A stretch of 64,000 bases of DNA from an uncultured Chloroflexia bacterium. GTDB taxonomy: Bacteria; Chloroflexota; Dormibacteria; Aeolococcales; Aeolococcaceae. A program made the translations under genes and the position numbers. Shown piece by piece: positions 29,834 to 38,937 of the stretch. The notes below the pieces were generated by a model. That model was not told where the DNA came from and did not search any database. It was given only the letters and a program-made list of their open reading frames with translations. The stretch covers positions 35 to 64,034 of the forward strand of contig CAWDLK010000006.1 of assembly GCA_963803165.1 (NCBI GenBank), in the 5' to 3' direction. Position 1 is the first letter of the stretch. Every line of letters begins with the position of its first letter.

Positions 29834-31195
29834 ATGCGACTTCGCCACGTCATGCCCGTGTTCCCCGTCGCCCTGGCGGCGCTCGCCCTCGCGACCGCCG
29901 TGCCGGCCGGCGCGATCCCGTCCAGCTCGGCGAGCTTCGGCGCGACCGGGTCTCCGCAGGCGCTGGTGGTGCCCAGCGGCGTGGTCGGGGTCACCGCCGA
30001 GCTCTCCGGCGCCGGCGGGGGTCAGGGCTATGACGCCGCCGACGAGGCCCTCACCGGGGGAGCCACCGGGGGTTGGGTCGTGGCGACCCTCGCCACCACC
30101 CCGGGCTCGACGCTCGAGGTGACGGTCGGCGGGGCGGGCGGTGACGGCAGCAGCGAGTCGTCCGGCTCCGGCGGCTACAACGGCGGTGGTGATGGCTCCT
30201 ACGACGGCGAGACCGGCGCCGGCGGCGGCGGCGGTGGTGGGGCGACGGACATCCGCAGCGGGTCGTGCGCCACCTCGCTCGACTGCCCCACCGCCGACCG
30301 GGCGGTGGTGGCCGGAGGCGGCGGTGGAGCCGCCGGAGGCGACGGCTACGCGCCCGGCGGTGGCGACGGCGGCGGTGGGACCGGTGGCACCGGTGGCAAT
30401 CCGGACTGCACCACCGGCGGAGGGGGGGGTACGCAGTCGGGACCGGGCGCGGCCGGGGTCGTCTCGCCACCCGACGACTGCCTTGAGGGCATCGCCAGCG
30501 GCAATCCGGGAACCGGGAGCGTGGGTGGCGCCGCCAGCGGGGACGGTGGTGGTGGCGGCGGTGGCTACTTCGGCGGCGGCGGCGGCGGCGAGTCGTATGC
30601 GTCGAACGGCAGCGGTGGTGGCGGCGGCAGCGGCTACCTGGCGGCCGGCTCCACGGGCGAGAGCCTGGTGGGCGAGGGGGCGGAGGGCTCCACCGACGGG
30701 AGCGCGACCATCTACTGGGCAGCGGCGACCACGCTCAGCACGACGGCCGGCGGGTCGGTGACCATCACCGCGTACCTTCCCAGCACGCTGCCGGAGGGGA
30801 GCACCGAGACCTTCACGGTGGGGTCGACCGTCCTCTGCAGCGCGGTCGCGGTGGTGGATGGGCTGGCCAGCTGCACCACCTCGGCCCTGCCGGTCGGGAG
30901 CGACGAGGTCACCGCCACCCTGGCCGAGCTGGCGCTTGCGAGCTTCACCGTCGGAGGCTCGGTGTTCCTGGCCTCCCACCTCGCGGGCCGTGCGTCGGGT
31001 GAGAGCGTCAGGCTGGACGCGACCGGCGGCCCGTGGTCCGGGACCACCGAGGTGCTGGCGGTCACCGTCAGCGCGGTCCCGGTGCCGGCGAGCGGCGCGG
31101 GGATCCCCGCCGGGGTGCCGCCGGTCGCCGTGATCCTGCTCCTCGCGGGTGGTGCGGGGATCCTGACCACGAGGCGCCGCCGCTCCGCGCGCTGA
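29834..31195 (+). CDS. secreted Gly/Cys-rich protein with Ig-like domain and C-terminal TM + RRRR anchor (paralog 1)
   Basis: GGAGG RBS. Signal peptide MRLRHVMPVFPVALAALALATAVPAGA. A long GGxGG region contains Cys pairs. Ig-like block TETFTVGSTVLCSAVAVVDGLASCTTSALPVGSDEVTATL. C-terminus ...VPVPASGAGIPAGVPPVAVILLLAGGAGILTTRRRRSAR. Confidence 0.6.
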   Translation: MRLRHVMPVFPVALAALALATAVPAGAIPSSSASFGATGSPQALVVPSGVVGVTAELSGAGGGQGYDAADEALTGGATGGWVVATLATTPGSTLEVTVGGAGGDGSSESSGSGGYNGGGDGSYDGETGAGGGGGGGATDIRSGSCATSLDCPTADRAVVAGGGGGAAGGDGYAPGGGDGGGGTGGTGGNPDCTTGGGGGTQSGPGAAGVVSPPDDCLEGIASGNPGTGSVGGAASGDGGGGGGGYFGGGGGGESYASNGSGGGGGSGYLAAGSTGESLVGEGAEGSTDGSATIYWAAATTLSTTAGGSVTITAYLPSTLPEGSTETFTVGSTVLCSAVAVVDGLASCTTSALPVGSDEVTATLAELALASFTVGGSVFLASHLAGRASGESVRLDATGGPWSGTTEVLAVTVSAVPVPASGAGIPAGVPPVAVILLLAGGAGILTTRRRRSAR

Positions 31196-31322
31196 CCCGG
31201 CACCCCCAGCCCTCGCCCGCCCGGCCGGTGATCGGGTGGCCGGCGCCTGTATGCTCTCGCGCAGTCACCGCCGGCGCAGACGTGCGGGTCGCGCGGAGCA
31301 TCCGGCGACAGGAGACACCCCC

Positions 31323-32723
31323 ATGCGACTCGTTCGCCCCCTCCTCGCCGCCCCCCTTGCCGCCGCCGGCCTGCTGATCGCCACAGCAGCACCGGCGGGT
31401 GCGCGGTTGGCGTGCGCCTCCGGCGGATGCGCGACCTTCACGGAGAGAGGATCGGCGCAGGCGTTCACCGTCCCCACCGGCGTCGTGGGTGTCACCGCGG
31501 AGCTGTTCGGCGCCGGTGGGGGCGCGGGATATGACGAAGACGGGTCCACGGTCTCCGGCGGCTTCGGTGGCCTGACCGTCGCCGCGCTCTCGACGACGCC
31601 GGGCTCCACCCTGGAGGTCGTGGCCGGCGGGGCTGGCGGGGATGCGAGCGAGCCCACCATCACCGACCCCTATGACCCCGACTCCGGTGCCGGGGCCGCC
31701 GGGTACAACGGCGGGGGAGCCGGTTCCAGCAACCCGGACGGTGGCTACGCCGGCGGTGGGGGCGGAGGCTCCACCGAGATCTTCATCGGCACCGCCACGA
31801 CCCCGGCCCTCGTCGCCGGCGGCGGCGGCGGCGGAGCCGGCAGCCAGGACGACCTCTCGACCGCTGGCGGTGACGGGGGCGGCTCCACCGGATCGTCCGG
31901 AAGCGCTGCGGAGAGTGAGCCCGGCGGAGGTGGGGGCACCTCGAGCGGCCCGGGTGCGGGCGGAGGCAAGGGGGCTGACGTCGGGACCGCGGGAGCCACC
32001 ACCGGCGGCGGTGGCTCCGGCGATCACGGTGGTGGCGGCGGGGGCGCCGGCTACTACGGCGGTGGCGGTGGCGGCGACGACGGCGACAACGACGGCACCG
32101 GCGGCGGCGGGGGCAGCGGTTACATGGCCGCCGGCTCGGCCGGCACCACGCTGCAGGGTGCCGGGGAGCCGGACTCCGCTGATGGTTTCGCGACCGTCTA
32201 CTGGATGACGGCGCCGACCCTGACGCTCACCGCCGGAGATTCCATCACCCTGACCGCCGATGTCCCCTTCGGGCTGCTGAGCGCCGCCGGAGGACACTCC
32301 GGTGCCATCCTGACCACCTCGACGGAGGGCACCGAGACCTTCACGGTGGGGTCCACGACACTCTGCAGCGCGGTGGCGGCGTCCGATGGGACGGCCAGCT
32401 GCTCAACCTCGGCCCTGCCGGTGGGCACCGACGACGTCACCGCCACCCTGAGCGCGCCCGAGCCGGCCGCCCACCACACCGTGCCCGGGTCGGCGATCCT
32501 CGACTCCGACCTGGTCGGCCGGGCGGGCCCGGGCAGCGCCGGCCTCGATGCGGGGTCGCCGTGGACCGGGACCACCGAGGTGCTCGCGGTGCACGTCAGC
32601 GCGGTGCCGGTGCCCGAGAGCGGCGCGGGACTCCCCGCCGAGGTCCCGCCGATCGCCGCGGTCCTGATCCTCGCGGGCGCCGCCGGCATCGTCGCCACCC
32701 GGCGCCGCCGCCCGGCGCGCTGA
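31323..32723 (+). CDS. secreted Gly/Cys-rich protein with Ig-like domain and C-terminal TM + RRRR anchor (paralog 2)
   Basis: Same architecture as paralog 1. Blocks can be aligned by eye (FTVPTGVVGVTAELFGAGGGAGYD; GSGYMAAGSAGTTLQGAG; TETFTVGSTTLCSAVAASDGTASCSTSALPVGTDDVTATL; C-terminus ...VPVPESGAGLPAEVPPIAAVLILAGAAGIVATRRRRPAR). Confidence 0.6.
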   Translation: MRLVRPLLAAPLAAAGLLIATAAPAGARLACASGGCATFTERGSAQAFTVPTGVVGVTAELFGAGGGAGYDEDGSTVSGGFGGLTVAALSTTPGSTLEVVAGGAGGDASEPTITDPYDPDSGAGAAGYNGGGAGSSNPDGGYAGGGGGGSTEIFIGTATTPALVAGGGGGGAGSQDDLSTAGGDGGGSTGSSGSAAESEPGGGGGTSSGPGAGGGKGADVGTAGATTGGGGSGDHGGGGGGAGYYGGGGGGDDGDNDGTGGGGGSGYMAAGSAGTTLQGAGEPDSADGFATVYWMTAPTLTLTAGDSITLTADVPFGLLSAAGGHSGAILTTSTEGTETFTVGSTTLCSAVAASDGTASCSTSALPVGTDDVTATLSAPEPAAHHTVPGSAILDSDLVGRAGPGSAGLDAGSPWTGTTEVLAVHVSAVPVPESGAGLPAEVPPIAAVLILAGAAGIVATRRRRPAR

Positions 32724-32756
32724 GGGGACCACCCGGTCGCGGTCTCGCCCGCGCGC

Positions 32757-33386
32757 TCAGGGGGCGTGGCGGGGCGCGCCCGGGGCGGTGCCGGCCAGCT
32801 CGACGAGCACCTCGTGCGCGCCGACCACCCGCTCGACCCGGGTGCCGGCGAGGTGGACGCGGACGCCGCGCACCCCGGCGCCTCCCGGGGCGCCGGGCTC
32901 CCAGCCGTCGCGGTAGAGGTGCCGCGCCTCGCCCCAGGTCGAGGCGCTGCGAATCTGGCGGCCGTCGGTGAAGCTGAGCGTGCCGGGGCGGCTCGGGTAC
33001 CCGAACCCGACCTCGCCGCCGCTCGCGAGGAAGGCCCGCAGGGCCGCCAGTGGGCGCTCCTCGGGGAGCGGTGAGGGTTCCGCGACCAGGGCGTCGTCGA
33101 GGGCGGGCAGCCCGGCGGTACCCGCCGCCGCGCGCACCGAGACCCGGGCGGCGTGGCGCTCGGTCCGCTCCCGGCGCCGCCGCTCGGTGGCCATCTCCTC
33201 CTGCCGGAGACGGATCTCGCGGAGCTGGCGATCGTACGGGGCCATCATCGTCCGGGTCGCCCTCTCCGCCTCGCCGAGGCGGGCAGCCTCGGCCTCGAGC
33301 GCGGTGGCGTCGAGGTCGCGGAGGCGCTCCGGCCCGACCCGGGGCGGCAGCGGTGGCGGTGCGGGCGGCTCGGACATGGCGTCCAT
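32757..33386 (-). CDS. hypothetical protein (coiled-coil N-terminal half)
   Basis: Internal Met of listed ORF 32757..33590 (MDAMSEPPAPPP...). No recognisable domain. Could be a GC artefact. Confidence 0.2.
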   Translation of the reverse strand: MDAMSEPPAPPPLPPRVGPERLRDLDATALEAEAARLGEAERATRTMMAPYDRQLREIRLRQEEMATERRRRERTERHAARVSVRAAAGTAGLPALDDALVAEPSPLPEERPLAALRAFLASGGEVGFGYPSRPGTLSFTDGRQIRSASTWGEARHLYRDGWEPGAPGGAGVRGVRVHLAGTRVERVVGAHEVLVELAGTAPGAPRHAP

Positions 33387-33559
33387 GATGGCGCCGCCCC
33401 CCTCCGCCGCGATCTCCCGGCCCCCCGTACCGACCCCCTGTCGAACCTGGGTCACGAGCGGGCAACGGCTCGCGGCGAGCCGGCCGGCCACGGCTACGCT
33501 CGGATGGCTCACACCAGGCGGAGGGACGTTCCCTGAGCGGGAACCCGGACACCAGAGGA

Positions 33560-35707
33560 TTGGCCGTGCTCGCCGACGACCTTGGATCACATCGGGGCGG
33601 TCCGCACGACGCCGGTCTGACGATCGACGCGGACGCGCTCACGCTCGTCCAGGGCATGCCGGACGGCGTGCTCCTGGTCGACGCTCGCGGTCGCATCCTC
33701 TTCGTCAACGACCGACTCCTCGCCATGACCGGGCATGCCGGCCCCGAGCTGGTCGGCGCCCCGGTGGAGGTGCTGGTGCCGCCGGCCCTGAAGGCGGCTC
33801 ACGTCCGGCACCGCCGCCGTTTCGCGGCCAGGCCGTCGCACCGTCCCACCGGCACGACCGCGCCCGCCTTCAGCGTCCAGCGGGCGGACGGCAGCAGCTT
33901 CCCGGCCGACATCGCCCTCAACCCGACCCGGTGGGCCGATCGAGACCTCGTGGTCGTCGTGGTGAGCGACCTCACCGCCCGCCGGCGCGCCGAGGCCCTG
34001 CGCACCATGCAGTTCGCCGTCACCCGCATCCTCACAGACGCCAGCTCACTGGCGGATGCCGGCGGCCAGCTGCTCGCGGCCATCGGCGAGGCCCTGGAGA
34101 TGGACCGCGGCGAGCTGCAGCTGGCTGCGCCCGGGGGGGTCGGGCTCACCCGCTCCTGCGCCTGGTCACGGGCCGAGGTCGGGGCCGGCGACCACCCGGC
34201 GGCGAACGGGAGAGCACCCCTCCCCGACCCGTCCCCCACCGTGGTCTTCCCGGTCCTGCGCGAGGGCCAGGTCCTCGCCCTCTTCGAGTTCTTCGGTCGG
34301 GATGGACGCGGTCCGTCCGCCGACGTCCAGGAGAGCGTGAGCAACATCGCGGACCAGATGGTCCAGTTCACCCAGCGCCGCCGGGCGGAGGCGGCCCTGG
34401 AGGAGAGCGTCGCCCGGCTGGCCGAGGTTGCCGCCACCGACCCCCTCACCGGGATTCGCAACCGGCGGGAGTTCGACCGCCTCCTCTCCACGATTCCCCG
34501 CCGGCGCTTCGCCATCCTCGCCGCCGACCTCGACAACCTGAAGCGGATCAACGACGAGTTCGGCCACGAGGCCGGCGACGTCGCGCTGCGCGCGGTGGCG
34601 TCCACCCTGGTGGCCGTCCTGCGCGGCTGGGACCTGGTCGCGCGCACCGGCGGTGACGAGTTCTCGGTGCTGATGTCCGACGTCACCGCCCGCGACGCGG
34701 CCCGTGCGGCCGAGCGGGTGCGCGCGGCGGTGAAGGCGATCTCCGTGCCCTACGGGCAGGTCAGCATCAGCGTCGGTTGGTCGACGGGCCCGGCCGGATC
34801 GGACCCCCACGACGTTCTCGACCTCGCTGACGCTCACCTCTACCAGGCCAAGCGCTCCGGGCGAGACCGGGTGGTCGGCGCCCCTCGCAGCCGCCGCGGC
34901 GGTCTCGCCGCCCACCGCTCGGAGTGGTCGACGCGGATCGACGAGGCGCTGGCCCAACGAGATCTCACCATCCTGTTCCAGCCCATCGTGCGGCTCGGCG
35001 ACGGCGCCGTCGTCGGCCACGAGGCGCTGGCCCGGCCGCGGGGCTTCGGCGCCGCCGACAGCGTCGAGGAGCTCTTCGCCGAGGCGCACCGCACCGGGCG
35101 GATCCGAGACATCGACTGGCTCTGCCGGCGGCTCGCGATCGCGGCCGTCCCCTGGCCCGTCCCCGGGGACTGGACGCTCTTCCTCAACGTCAGCGCCGTC
35201 CCCCTCCTCGACCCCGTCCACGGCGTCGACCAGATGCTCATGGTCCTCGACGCGGCGGGCGCCTCGGCCGACCGCGTGGTGCTCGAGATCACCGAGCGCG
35301 AGCTGATCTCCGACCTGGAGCGGGTGCGCACCGTGCTCGCGGCCTACCGCGATCAGGGCTTCCGCTTCGCCGTCGACGACGTCGGGGAGGGTCACTCCAC
35401 CCTGGAGCTGCTGGCGGCGGCCCGCCCCGAGTACATCAAGATCGCCCGCAGCCTGACCATGACCGGCGCCCACTCCAGCTCCCGCGCCGCCATCCGCGCC
35501 GCCGTCGCCTTTGCCCAGGTGAGCGGCGCCGCAGTCATCGCGGAGGGCATCGAGAACGACTACGCGGCGGGTCAGATGATCGCCATGGGGGTCGAGCTCG
35601 GCCAGGGGATGTGGCTCGGGCGCCCGGGCGACCTGCCCCCGCGCCTCCCCGCCGACCAGCTCGTCGGGGCGGGCCAGAGCTGGCGCTTCCTCCCCACCGG
35701 AGCCTGA
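33560..35707 (+). CDS. PAS-GAF-GGDEF-EAL c-di-GMP signalling protein
   Basis: PAS (GVLLVDARGRILFVNDRLLAMTG), GAF-like middle, GGDEF (RTGGDEFSVL with RNRREFD upstream), EAL (EALARP...DDVGEGHSTLELL). The start is TTG 33560 or GTG 33566. Confidence 0.85.
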   Translation: MAVLADDLGSHRGGPHDAGLTIDADALTLVQGMPDGVLLVDARGRILFVNDRLLAMTGHAGPELVGAPVEVLVPPALKAAHVRHRRRFAARPSHRPTGTTAPAFSVQRADGSSFPADIALNPTRWADRDLVVVVVSDLTARRRAEALRTMQFAVTRILTDASSLADAGGQLLAAIGEALEMDRGELQLAAPGGVGLTRSCAWSRAEVGAGDHPAANGRAPLPDPSPTVVFPVLREGQVLALFEFFGRDGRGPSADVQESVSNIADQMVQFTQRRRAEAALEESVARLAEVAATDPLTGIRNRREFDRLLSTIPRRRFAILAADLDNLKRINDEFGHEAGDVALRAVASTLVAVLRGWDLVARTGGDEFSVLMSDVTARDAARAAERVRAAVKAISVPYGQVSISVGWSTGPAGSDPHDVLDLADAHLYQAKRSGRDRVVGAPRSRRGGLAAHRSEWSTRIDEALAQRDLTILFQPIVRLGDGAVVGHEALARPRGFGAADSVEELFAEAHRTGRIRDIDWLCRRLAIAAVPWPVPGDWTLFLNVSAVPLLDPVHGVDQMLMVLDAAGASADRVVLEITERELISDLERVRTVLAAYRDQGFRFAVDDVGEGHSTLELLAAARPEYIKIARSLTMTGAHSSSRAAIRAAVAFAQVSGAAVIAEGIENDYAAGQMIAMGVELGQGMWLGRPGDLPPRLPADQLVGAGQSWRFLPTGA

Positions 35708-35757
35708 GCGGGGGAGAGGCCCCCGCACGACCCCACGGTGGGGTAGCGTGCCAGGAG

Positions 35758-36528
35758 ATGGCCGAGACCAAGGACGCGGTCCGCAGCGAGCGCGAGGGGG
35801 CCGTCGCCCTCGTCGTGATCTCCCACCCCCCGGTCAACGCCGTCAGCCGGGCCGTCGCCGCCGGGATCCTGGACGCGCTCACCCGGGCGGAGGCCGATCC
35901 AGAATGCCGGGCGGTGGTCGTCACCGGGGACGGCGAGCGCTACTTCTCGGCGGGGGCCGACCTCACCGAGTTCCCGGGCGGCGCCGCCGACGTCGGCGCC
36001 TCCGTCGAGGTGACCCGGAGGCTGGAGGGCTCGCGTCTGCCGGTGGTCGCCGCCGTCAACGGCATCGCCTACGGCGGCGGCTGCGAGATCGCGCTGGCCT
36101 GCGACCTCCGGATCTGCGCCGAGGGGGCCCGCTTCGGCCAGCCCGAGATCAAGCTCGGGATCATCCCCGGCTGGGGCGGGACCCAGCGCCTGCCCCGGCT
36201 GGTGGGCCGGGGGCCCGCCCTCGAGATGCTCCTGACCGGCGAGCCGATCGGCTCGGCCCGGGCCCTGGAGTGGGGCCTGGTCACCCGCGTGGTCCCGGCC
36301 GACCGCCTCCACTCCGAGGCGCTGGCCCTCGCCGGGGTCCTCGGCGAGCGTCCTCCGCTCGCCGTCGCCGCCATCAAGCGGGCGGTGCACCGCGGCCTCG
36401 ACGGGACCCTCGACGCCGGGCTCCGCCGTGAGCAGGAGGAGTTCCTCCGGCTGCTGGCCAGCGAGGACGCCCGCGAGGGCCTCACCGCCTTCCTGGAGAA
36501 GCGCCCACCCACCTGGCGCGGCCGGTGA
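35758..36528 (+). CDS. enoyl-CoA hydratase/isomerase (crotonase family)
   Basis: Internal start of composite ORF 34924..36528. Oxyanion hole AAVNGIAYGGGCEIALACD with catalytic Glu residues. Confidence 0.85.
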   Translation: MAETKDAVRSEREGAVALVVISHPPVNAVSRAVAAGILDALTRAEADPECRAVVVTGDGERYFSAGADLTEFPGGAADVGASVEVTRRLEGSRLPVVAAVNGIAYGGGCEIALACDLRICAEGARFGQPEIKLGIIPGWGGTQRLPRLVGRGPALEMLLTGEPIGSARALEWGLVTRVVPADRLHSEALALAGVLGERPPLAVAAIKRAVHRGLDGTLDAGLRREQEEFLRLLASEDAREGLTAFLEKRPPTWRGR

Positions 36529-36553
36529 GGCCGGGCGCCACCCGACCGCGGCG

Positions 36554-38794
36554 ATGCCGCGAGCTCCAATGATCGTCGCAGTCGTCTCTCCCATCGCGAT
36601 GGTGGCGCTGGCCCTGACCGCGTTCACGCTCACTGGGCTGAGGTGGCGCCGGCTGTTCCAGTTGATGCGCCAATCTCGGCGCCCCGAACGCCGCGACGGC
36701 GACCTCCGCGGCCGCGCGCGCGCCTTCCTCACCCAGGTCCTCGGCCAGGGCCGCCTGCTCCGCTGGCCCTACGCGGGCCTCCTCCACGCCCTCATCTTCT
36801 GGGGCTTCGCGGTGCTGCTCACCGCCGTCGCTCAGGCGATCGTCGAGGCTCTGGTGGTCGGGGTGCGGCTCGACACCATCCCCGTCGTCGCGCCCGCCCT
36901 CGCCCACCTCCAGGACGTCTTCTGCGTGCTGGTCCTCACCGGGGTGCTGCTCGCCCTGGTCAACCGGCTGGTGGTCAGGCCGATCCGCTTCCGCGGCAGC
37001 CACCGGCGCGACGCGCTGCTCATCCTCGCCTGGATCGCGACGCTCATCCTCTGCCTCGAGCTCGACTACGCCACCCTCATCGCCCAGCGCTCCCCGGAGG
37101 CGCTCGGCGCCGACCGGCCGTTTGCCGCGGCGCTCAGCCATCTCTTCACACCGCTGGGCAGCACCAGCCAGGCGCTGCTCGCCCTCCACGGCGTGTTCTT
37201 CTGGGCGCACCTCCTGCTCGTCTTCGGCTTCCTCGTCTACCTCGGATACAGCAAGCATCTGCACATCGTCACCGCGCCCCTCAACGTGGTCCTCAGCGAC
37301 CGCCGGCCTCGGGGACGGCTGCGTCCCATCGACATCGAGGCGGTGATGTCGGCCGCCGACGAGCGCGATCAGCACTTCGGCGCCGGGGCCCTCGAGCACC
37401 TCTCGTGGAAGGACGTGCTCGACCTCTACACGTGCACCGAGTGCGGCCGCTGCCAGTCGCACTGTCCCGCCTACCTCACCGGCAAGGTGCTCTCACCCAA
37501 GACGCTGATCACCGACCTGCGCGACTCCGCGCACGAGCGGCTCCAGGGCGGCTACGCCGCCACCCGGCACAGCGCCCACGTCGTCCAGGGCGGCGGCGCC
37601 GGCGGGGCGCCGGCCGGGGACGGGGCGGTGATGTGGGCGACCGGGGGGGGCGGTCGCGGTACCCGTCACGACCTCCCCGGGAGCTTCCAGCCCTCGTGGC
37701 TCAGCCCGGAGCGGGTCGCCGAAGCGGTGGAGGCCGCCGGCGGAGAGCGCCCCCTGATCGGCGGCACCATCGACGAGGAGACCCTCTGGGCCTGCACCAC
37801 CTGCGGCGCGTGCATGGACCAGTGCCCGGTCTTCATCGAGCACGTGCCCAAGATCGTGGAGATGCGCCGCCACCTCGTGCTCGACAAGTCGCGGATGCCC
37901 CGCCAGGCGGAGACCGCGCTGCGTGCCATCGAGAACGTGGCCAACCCCTACGGCATCTCCCAGCAGAGCCGAGCCGACTGGGCGGCCGGGCTGGGCGTGC
38001 CGCTGATCTCCGAGCGGCCGGACGCGGAGTACCTCTACTGGGTCGGCTGCGCGGTCGCCTACGACGAGCGGGCGCGCGGGATCGCCACCTCCCTGGTGGC
38101 CATCCTCCGGGCCGCCGGGGTCGACTTCGCGATCCTCGGGACCGAGGAGCGCTGCACCGGCGACCCGGCGCGGCGGATCGGCAACGAGTACCTCTTCCAG
38201 GAGCGGGCCCGGCAGAACATCGAGGCCCTGGACGGGCACGCTGTCCGCCGGATCGTCACCAGCTGCCCGCACTGCTTCAACACGCTCGCCAACGAGTACC
38301 CCGACCTCGGCGGTCACTACCAGGTCGTCCACCACACCGTGCTCATCGACGAGCTGATCAGGGAGGGCCGGATCGTCCTGGAGCATCCCCTCGAGGAGAC
38401 GGTCACGTATCACGATTCCTGCTACCTGGGGCGGTGGAACGATGTCTACGCCCCGCCCCGCGACATCCTGGAGCGGATCCCCGGCGTGCGGCTGGTGGAG
38501 ATGACGCGCAGCCGCCGCGAGGGGATGTGCTGCGGTGCCGGGGGCGGTCGGATGTGGATGGAGGAGGGCCAGCCGCGGGTCAACCATCGCCGCCTCGACC
38601 AGGCGGTGGAGACCGAGGCGACCCGGGTGGCGACCGCCTGCCCCTTCTGCCTCACCATGTTCGAGGAGGGGATCGCGGCGCAGGAGGCGGACCGGCGGGT
38701 GGCCGTCGACGATATCGCGGTCTATGTGGCGCGCTCGATGCGACAGGCCGGAGCGAATGCCGAGGAGAGGACGGCGCCCACCGCGTCGGGTTGA
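36554..38794 (+). CDS. membrane-anchored Fe-S oxidoreductase, EtfD/heterodisulfide-reductase-like (NarI-type TM domain + 2x[4Fe-4S] + two CCG domains)
   Basis: 5 TM helices at the N-terminus. Ferredoxin-type clusters CTECGRCQSHCP and CTTCGACMDQCP. CCG motifs CPHCFNT, CCGAGGG and CPFCLT. Confidence 0.75.
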   Translation: MPRAPMIVAVVSPIAMVALALTAFTLTGLRWRRLFQLMRQSRRPERRDGDLRGRARAFLTQVLGQGRLLRWPYAGLLHALIFWGFAVLLTAVAQAIVEALVVGVRLDTIPVVAPALAHLQDVFCVLVLTGVLLALVNRLVVRPIRFRGSHRRDALLILAWIATLILCLELDYATLIAQRSPEALGADRPFAAALSHLFTPLGSTSQALLALHGVFFWAHLLLVFGFLVYLGYSKHLHIVTAPLNVVLSDRRPRGRLRPIDIEAVMSAADERDQHFGAGALEHLSWKDVLDLYTCTECGRCQSHCPAYLTGKVLSPKTLITDLRDSAHERLQGGYAATRHSAHVVQGGGAGGAPAGDGAVMWATGGGGRGTRHDLPGSFQPSWLSPERVAEAVEAAGGERPLIGGTIDEETLWACTTCGACMDQCPVFIEHVPKIVEMRRHLVLDKSRMPRQAETALRAIENVANPYGISQQSRADWAAGLGVPLISERPDAEYLYWVGCAVAYDERARGIATSLVAILRAAGVDFAILGTEERCTGDPARRIGNEYLFQERARQNIEALDGHAVRRIVTSCPHCFNTLANEYPDLGGHYQVVHHTVLIDELIREGRIVLEHPLEETVTYHDSCYLGRWNDVYAPPRDILERIPGVRLVEMTRSRREGMCCGAGGGRMWMEEGQPRVNHRRLDQAVETEATRVATACPFCLTMFEEGIAAQEADRRVAVDDIAVYVARSMRQAGANAEERTAPTASG

Positions 38795-38820
38795 CACTCG
38801 AATCGTCGGGAGGGTAGTGT
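38791..38820 (+). promoter_or_regulatory. candidate promoter TTGACA-N18-TAGTGT upstream of the parA-like gene
   Basis: Read directly. The -35 hexamer overlaps the EtfD-like stop codon. Confidence 0.25.
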
Positions 38821-38937
38821 CGGCACCGTCGCAGCAATGCGGCGCGTTGTCTGCAATGTCCTCTCTTGCGCGCCCAGGGGGTTCGTTGGCCGGTCCTCCG
38901 TCGTCGCTGCCACACCGATGATGCGGGTCCTCGCCTG

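Noticed and set aside
29834-32723. Calling the Gly-rich paralogs PE_PGRS-like or LPXTG sortase substrates
   Set aside because: There is no PE domain and no LPXTG/LAXTG pentapeptide before the TM helix. The similarity is compositional only, so I left them as an unassigned family.
33560-35707. Second GGDEF protein as degenerate or inactive
   Set aside because: The GGDEF and EAL signature residues (RNRREFD, GGDEF, EALxR, DDxGxG) are all present, so there is no basis for calling it degenerate.
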